Assembly: GCA_964385705.1 (NCBI GenBank)
Contig: CAYLQG010000001.1
Coordinates: 831 to 64,830 of the forward strand
DNA: 64,000 nt
Direction of reading: 5' to 3'
Source: an uncultured Gammaproteobacteria bacterium
GTDB taxonomy: Bacteria > Patescibacteriota > Microgenomatia > UBA10105 > UBA927
Within the stretch, counting starts at the first letter, position 1. Each line of letters begins with the position of its first letter. The notes below the pieces were generated by a model, which was given only the letters and a program-made list of their open reading frames with translations, did not search any database and was not told the origin of the DNA. This document shows positions 60,380 through 64,000 of the stretch, piece after piece. The translations under genes were made by a program, and so were the position numbers.

Positions 60380-61537
60380 ATGGGTATGAAAACACAATTG
60401 CACGTATCTGAATCGGTCACTGCCGGACATCCGGATAAAATTTGCGACCAAATTGCCGCGGAAATATTAGATCAGGCTATTATCGCCTGCCACCCTCTCC
60501 ATGTGCGGCCCCGCGTCGCAATCGAAGTATCGGCAAAGGGGAATAGGAGCGGCGGAACGCTTATGATATTCGGAGAAGTCACGCTCCCCAAAGGTATAAC
60601 ACTTCATTATGCGGACATTGCGCGTCGAACGATTGCAGAAATCGGCTATACCGATCCGAAAGCAGGATTTCACTCAAAATTAAGGGAATTAATTATCCGG
60701 ATCACAGAACAATCCGCCGATATCAACTGTGGAGTAACAAAAAAAAGAACCGGCGCCGGTGATCAGGGGCTCATGTTCGGTGGAGCGGTTGACGAAAATC
60801 CGCAATTTATGCCTATGCCGATTGTCATCGCACATGATCTTACCCTTGCATATACAAAAATGCAAAAAACAAAATTACCGTATTTACGTCCGGACGGAAA
60901 AGCTCAGGCGGTTATTCTTTATAAAAACGGAAAGCCTGTCGGTATCCATAAAATTATCATTGCCGCCTCTCACAAAGAAGGTGTTACATTAAAACAATTG
61001 CGAAGTGACGTCATACGGAATATTGTTACACCCTTACTGGAAATCCACGGATTTACCGTGACAAATCCGAAGGAGCAAATCATCGTTAACGGCGCAGGTC
61101 CCTGGACTATTTACGGTCCGCTTGCGGATGCCGGCACCACAAACCGGAAAATAATCGTTGACTCATATGGAGGCCGATTTGCTCATGGCGGCGGAGGATT
61201 CAACGGGAAAGATCCGACAAAAGTAGATTTAGCGGGAGCGGTAGGCGCAAGATTCGTCGCTAAACGGTTGATTGCTGAAGGTTTCGCGAAAAAAATCCAG
61301 ATAGAAGTAAGTTACGTCATAGGACTTCCCGACCCTCTCTCCATCAATATCGAGACATTTGATACGGAAACAAGGTCCAAAAAAATCATTCAGAAGCGCG
61401 CCCTCGAATTACTGGATCTTTCAGTTGATGGAATTATTGATGGGCTTCAATTATTTCAGCCGGTTTACCGATCAGCATCTGTGGGAGGATTCTTCGGGAG
61501 AAACATATTCCCATGGGAACAGTCGCATCGAAAATGA
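60380..61537 (+). CDS. metK: S-adenosylmethionine synthetase
   Basis: ESVTAGHPDKICDQI, GAGDQG, RPDGK, GGGGFNGKDPTKVD. Confidence 0.97.
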   Translation: MGMKTQLHVSESVTAGHPDKICDQIAAEILDQAIIACHPLHVRPRVAIEVSAKGNRSGGTLMIFGEVTLPKGITLHYADIARRTIAEIGYTDPKAGFHSKLRELIIRITEQSADINCGVTKKRTGAGDQGLMFGGAVDENPQFMPMPIVIAHDLTLAYTKMQKTKLPYLRPDGKAQAVILYKNGKPVGIHKIIIAASHKEGVTLKQLRSDVIRNIVTPLLEIHGFTVTNPKEQIIVNGAGPWTIYGPLADAGTTNRKIIVDSYGGRFAHGGGGFNGKDPTKVDLAGAVGARFVAKRLIAEGFAKKIQIEVSYVIGLPDPLSINIETFDTETRSKKIIQKRALELLDLSVDGIIDGLQLFQPVYRSASVGGFFGRNIFPWEQSHRK

Positions 61538-61703
61538 GTGGGTGGCAACCGCGAGGGACCCAACGATCCCGCAGTTCGCAATGAATGCTTCAATATCGCC
61601 GAATATAACCGGAAGGTAATCATGTGGTCAAGAGATTTGATAAACACCGTAAGCCAGATGAAGAACGAGGAAATCGTTGGGATTCACGGTTGCCAGGACC
61701 CAC
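61538..61703 (-). ncRNA. Candidate structured RNA (rod-like, about 166 nt)
   Basis: Long closing helix with G-U pairs that work only on the minus strand; family not identified. Confidence 0.45.
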
Positions 61704-61706
61704 CAA

Positions 61707-62762
61707 TTATTCTTGGGTGTTACCGTCAGTCAATTCTAAATTCTTAATCGTCGGTAAAGCTGGGCCTGCTATCCCCTGCATACTTCCGTAAATACCGGCA
61801 ACACCGCTTAATAATCGTGTCACCTGAGCTTCACGTTGTTTCCAATTCCGTTCGTATGCTGTCCGTTCTTTTGTAATTTGTACCTGCATCTCGTTATATG
61901 TCTCGATCATCGATTCCACCTGCTGGGCAAATTCATGGCTCGTGATATACCCGTACAATTCCTCTGCTTTTGACTGTTTGTTTTCACTTATCATCCGCTG
62001 GCGAGCCGCATCAAGGAGCGTCTTCCGGAGAAGCATGGCTAAGGGAATAGCCAGTTGCGTACGAGCCACCCACACCCCGTCCTTCAACCCGATTCCCGTT
62101 TTAATTTCCTCAGGGAGCACATCGGAAATTATTGCAGGGATGTTTGATTTGTCATTTCGCAAATCTTCCTTAAGTTTCGTAATCCACCCGTCGCTCCACG
62201 CTTTCGTCCGTTTCGATTCCCAGAGAATTCGCCCGCAATCCATTCCCCGCGGGCTCCTGACGATCTGGCGGATATCGGCGCCGAGTACTCCCTTACCGAT
62301 CGGCTCAATTGTGTCGCCCGGGAATTCCCGTTTGAATGTATTCTCAAGATCCAACTCCTGTACTTCACCTTGGAGCTGCTGCGATCCCTGGGTCGCTTTC
62401 CTCTGCGCATCTTCAAGCGACTTCTTGAGATCTTCGATGACTTTGTCTTTTTCCTTTTCCTTGAGCCTTTGGGATTCCGACGCTTCCTCGAGTGTTTTTT
62501 GCCGGATCTTTTCGCGCTCACTATCGAGCTGCCGCTGCTTATCCAGTTCAAATGTCCGTTTTTCCTCATCAAGTTTATTTTTTTGTTTCCGGAGCTCAAG
62601 TTCGGTATTCTGCGCCGCCTCCAATTTTATCTTCATCTCTTCGAGTTCTTCGGCGTGCTTTTCACTGAGCTCTTCCAGTTTCTTATCCTTGATCTGATGC
62701 GTGAGAGCGTCAGAGAGTTCAATCGATTTTTTGCAGTATGGACATGTGATTGTTGTTTGCAT
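61707..62762 (-). CDS. DUF2130-like coiled-coil protein
   Basis: ITCPYC, SQQLQGEVQEL, FPGD.I, GADI, ILWESKRTK.WS. Confidence 0.9.
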   Translation of the reverse strand: MQTTITCPYCKKSIELSDALTHQIKDKKLEELSEKHAEELEEMKIKLEAAQNTELELRKQKNKLDEEKRTFELDKQRQLDSEREKIRQKTLEEASESQRLKEKEKDKVIEDLKKSLEDAQRKATQGSQQLQGEVQELDLENTFKREFPGDTIEPIGKGVLGADIRQIVRSPRGMDCGRILWESKRTKAWSDGWITKLKEDLRNDKSNIPAIISDVLPEEIKTGIGLKDGVWVARTQLAIPLAMLLRKTLLDAARQRMISENKQSKAEELYGYITSHEFAQQVESMIETYNEMQVQITKERTAYERNWKQREAQVTRLLSGVAGIYGSMQGIAGPALPTIKNLELTDGNTQE

Positions 62763-62847
62763 ATTGAGGCTGTTAGTCAATAGATTCTAATATGATTTAT
62801 GAATAAATACAAACAGTCAAAATTCCGAGGGCAATTGATGGAACACA

Positions 62848-63417
62848 TTATCCTTCCTGCATCACATACTGGTGAAGTGATTTCCGTATTGCCTTATAAT
62901 CCGGAATCATGCGCGCGACAAGCCGCCAAAACCGTTCGGAATGATTATGCTCCTTGAGGTGGCAGAGTTCGTGGACGATAACGTAATCAATGGACCGCGG
63001 CGGCAGGTACATGAGTTTATAGTTAAATTGCAAATTGCCGCTCCGCGTACAACTCCCCCACAGGGATGTTTGGTTCCTGACGCTTACCCGGTGATATGTA
63101 TGTTTGTAGAGAGAGTTAAAAAATTGTAAACGCGTCGTAATGAGGCTCAAGACCTTTTGCTTGTTCGCTTCGTATTCACGCTTGGAGTGTTTAATAATGA
63201 TTTTCCCTTCCATTTTTGAAACTTTTTCAAGCTGCCGTAAAATCCACGAGGATTTCTGCCGAAGGAACCCCTCAATAAACCGTTCGTGCCACCGCGACGG
63301 GATGGTGACGATAAGTCCCTCGGTGATGCCGACGGTGAGCCGCATATACCGCGCCCTGTTGCTCACACGGATCGTGTAGGAAACTTTTTTCCCGCCTAAC
63401 AAAATTTCCCGCTTCAT
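62848..63417 (-). CDS. YgjP-like / DUF45 metal-dependent hydrolase
   Basis: WGSC, IDYVIVHELCH, NHS.RFW; start trimmed to MKREILL. Confidence 0.9.
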   Translation of the reverse strand: MKREILLGGKKVSYTIRVSNRARYMRLTVGITEGLIVTIPSRWHERFIEGFLRQKSSWILRQLEKVSKMEGKIIIKHSKREYEANKQKVLSLITTRLQFFNSLYKHTYHRVSVRNQTSLWGSCTRSGNLQFNYKLMYLPPRSIDYVIVHELCHLKEHNHSERFWRLVARMIPDYKAIRKSLHQYVMQEG

Positions 63418-63575
63418 CTGGTTATGATACAACATGAAAGAGGAATTTGTCTTTTTTTGTAAGATACAAGACATATAAATTGACTAGAAGCAATTTCTTT
63501 CTTCGACTCAATCCCCGCTTCAGATGGCTAGAAGACAACTAAGTGGTAGAAATACAAATAAATCACCGTCGCGCA

Positions 63576-63998
63576 TTATTCAAGCAACTTTTTAACAGCT
63601 CGATGGATAGATCCTCCAAACACTCGTGTACGTTCCGGATTATCTCTATCCACCATGATTTCATCCTCCTGAAGGAGACCGAGAAGGACAGCGCCGTCTA
63701 TTGCTATTGCTGCCTGATACCCTATTCCCAGACTTTCACCTGAAAGATAACCGGGTTTGAAACGGCTAAGAGCCGGGCAGAGTACGAACGTTGTCGTTAG
63801 TAAATCATGTACTTCAGAATAATCCAAAGGATCGGTTTCATAAGTTAAAAAATCGTCTTGTAAGGGGTGTACCGAGGGAGCCAGTTGAGGTGGAATATTT
63901 TGGATATCTACACCAGCGGATTTCATGGATTGAACTAATCCCCCTTTCCACTCCTCCTGTTCGAACATTCCCGAATCAGGCGGCTCATAAAAGAACAA
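63576..63998 (-). CDS. Hypothetical protein (3' part; 5' end probably outside the window)
   Basis: Open frame reaching the window edge. Confidence 0.5.
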   Translation of the reverse strand: MFFYEPPDSGMFEQEEWKGGLVQSMKSAGVDIQNIPPQLAPSVHPLQDDFLTYETDPLDYSEVHDLLTTTFVLCPALSRFKPGYLSGESLGIGYQAAIAIDGAVLLGLLQEDEIMVDRDNPERTRVFGGSIHRAVKKLLE

Positions 63999-64000
63999 TC

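Noticed and set aside
61605-61625. CCGGAAGG resembling SRP RNA helix 8
   Set aside because: It lacks the flanking CAGG/AGCA symmetric loop, and the G-U pattern favours the opposite strand.
61942-62697. 251-aa plus-strand ORF and many other antisense ORFs (e.g. 58557-59261, 43052-43591, 10695-11204)
   Set aside because: Shadow frames of well-supported genes, with biased composition and no motifs.

Overview
64 kb of a bacterial chromosome that looks like a CPR/Patescibacteria genome, probably Microgenomates (inferred from the missing rpmD/L30, divergent ribosomal proteins and typical accessory genes). The minus strand carries rpoB-rpoC-rpsL-rpsG, then fusA, tuf, rpsJ and the S10-spc operons through secY-adk-map. 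The str operon is broken twice: about 26.6 kb of unrelated, mostly single-gene units lie between rpsG and fusA, and about 3.7 kb lie between fusA and tuf. No integrase or transposase is visible. However, a decayed copy of the fusA 3' end and a 24-bp direct repeat each bracket a single inserted gene, which suggests stepwise gene capture at gene 3' ends. The non-coding DNA is rich: a TPP riboswitch, a SAM-I riboswitch whose P3 arm is a copy of a dispersed REP-like hairpin, long structured leaders before tuf and rplC, two unexplained 150-165 nt rod-like hairpins, and many -10 boxes placed for leaderless mRNAs. The right end holds a GNAT / deacetylase / acyl-CoA ligase-GNAT cluster and metK. All alignments and folds were done by eye.
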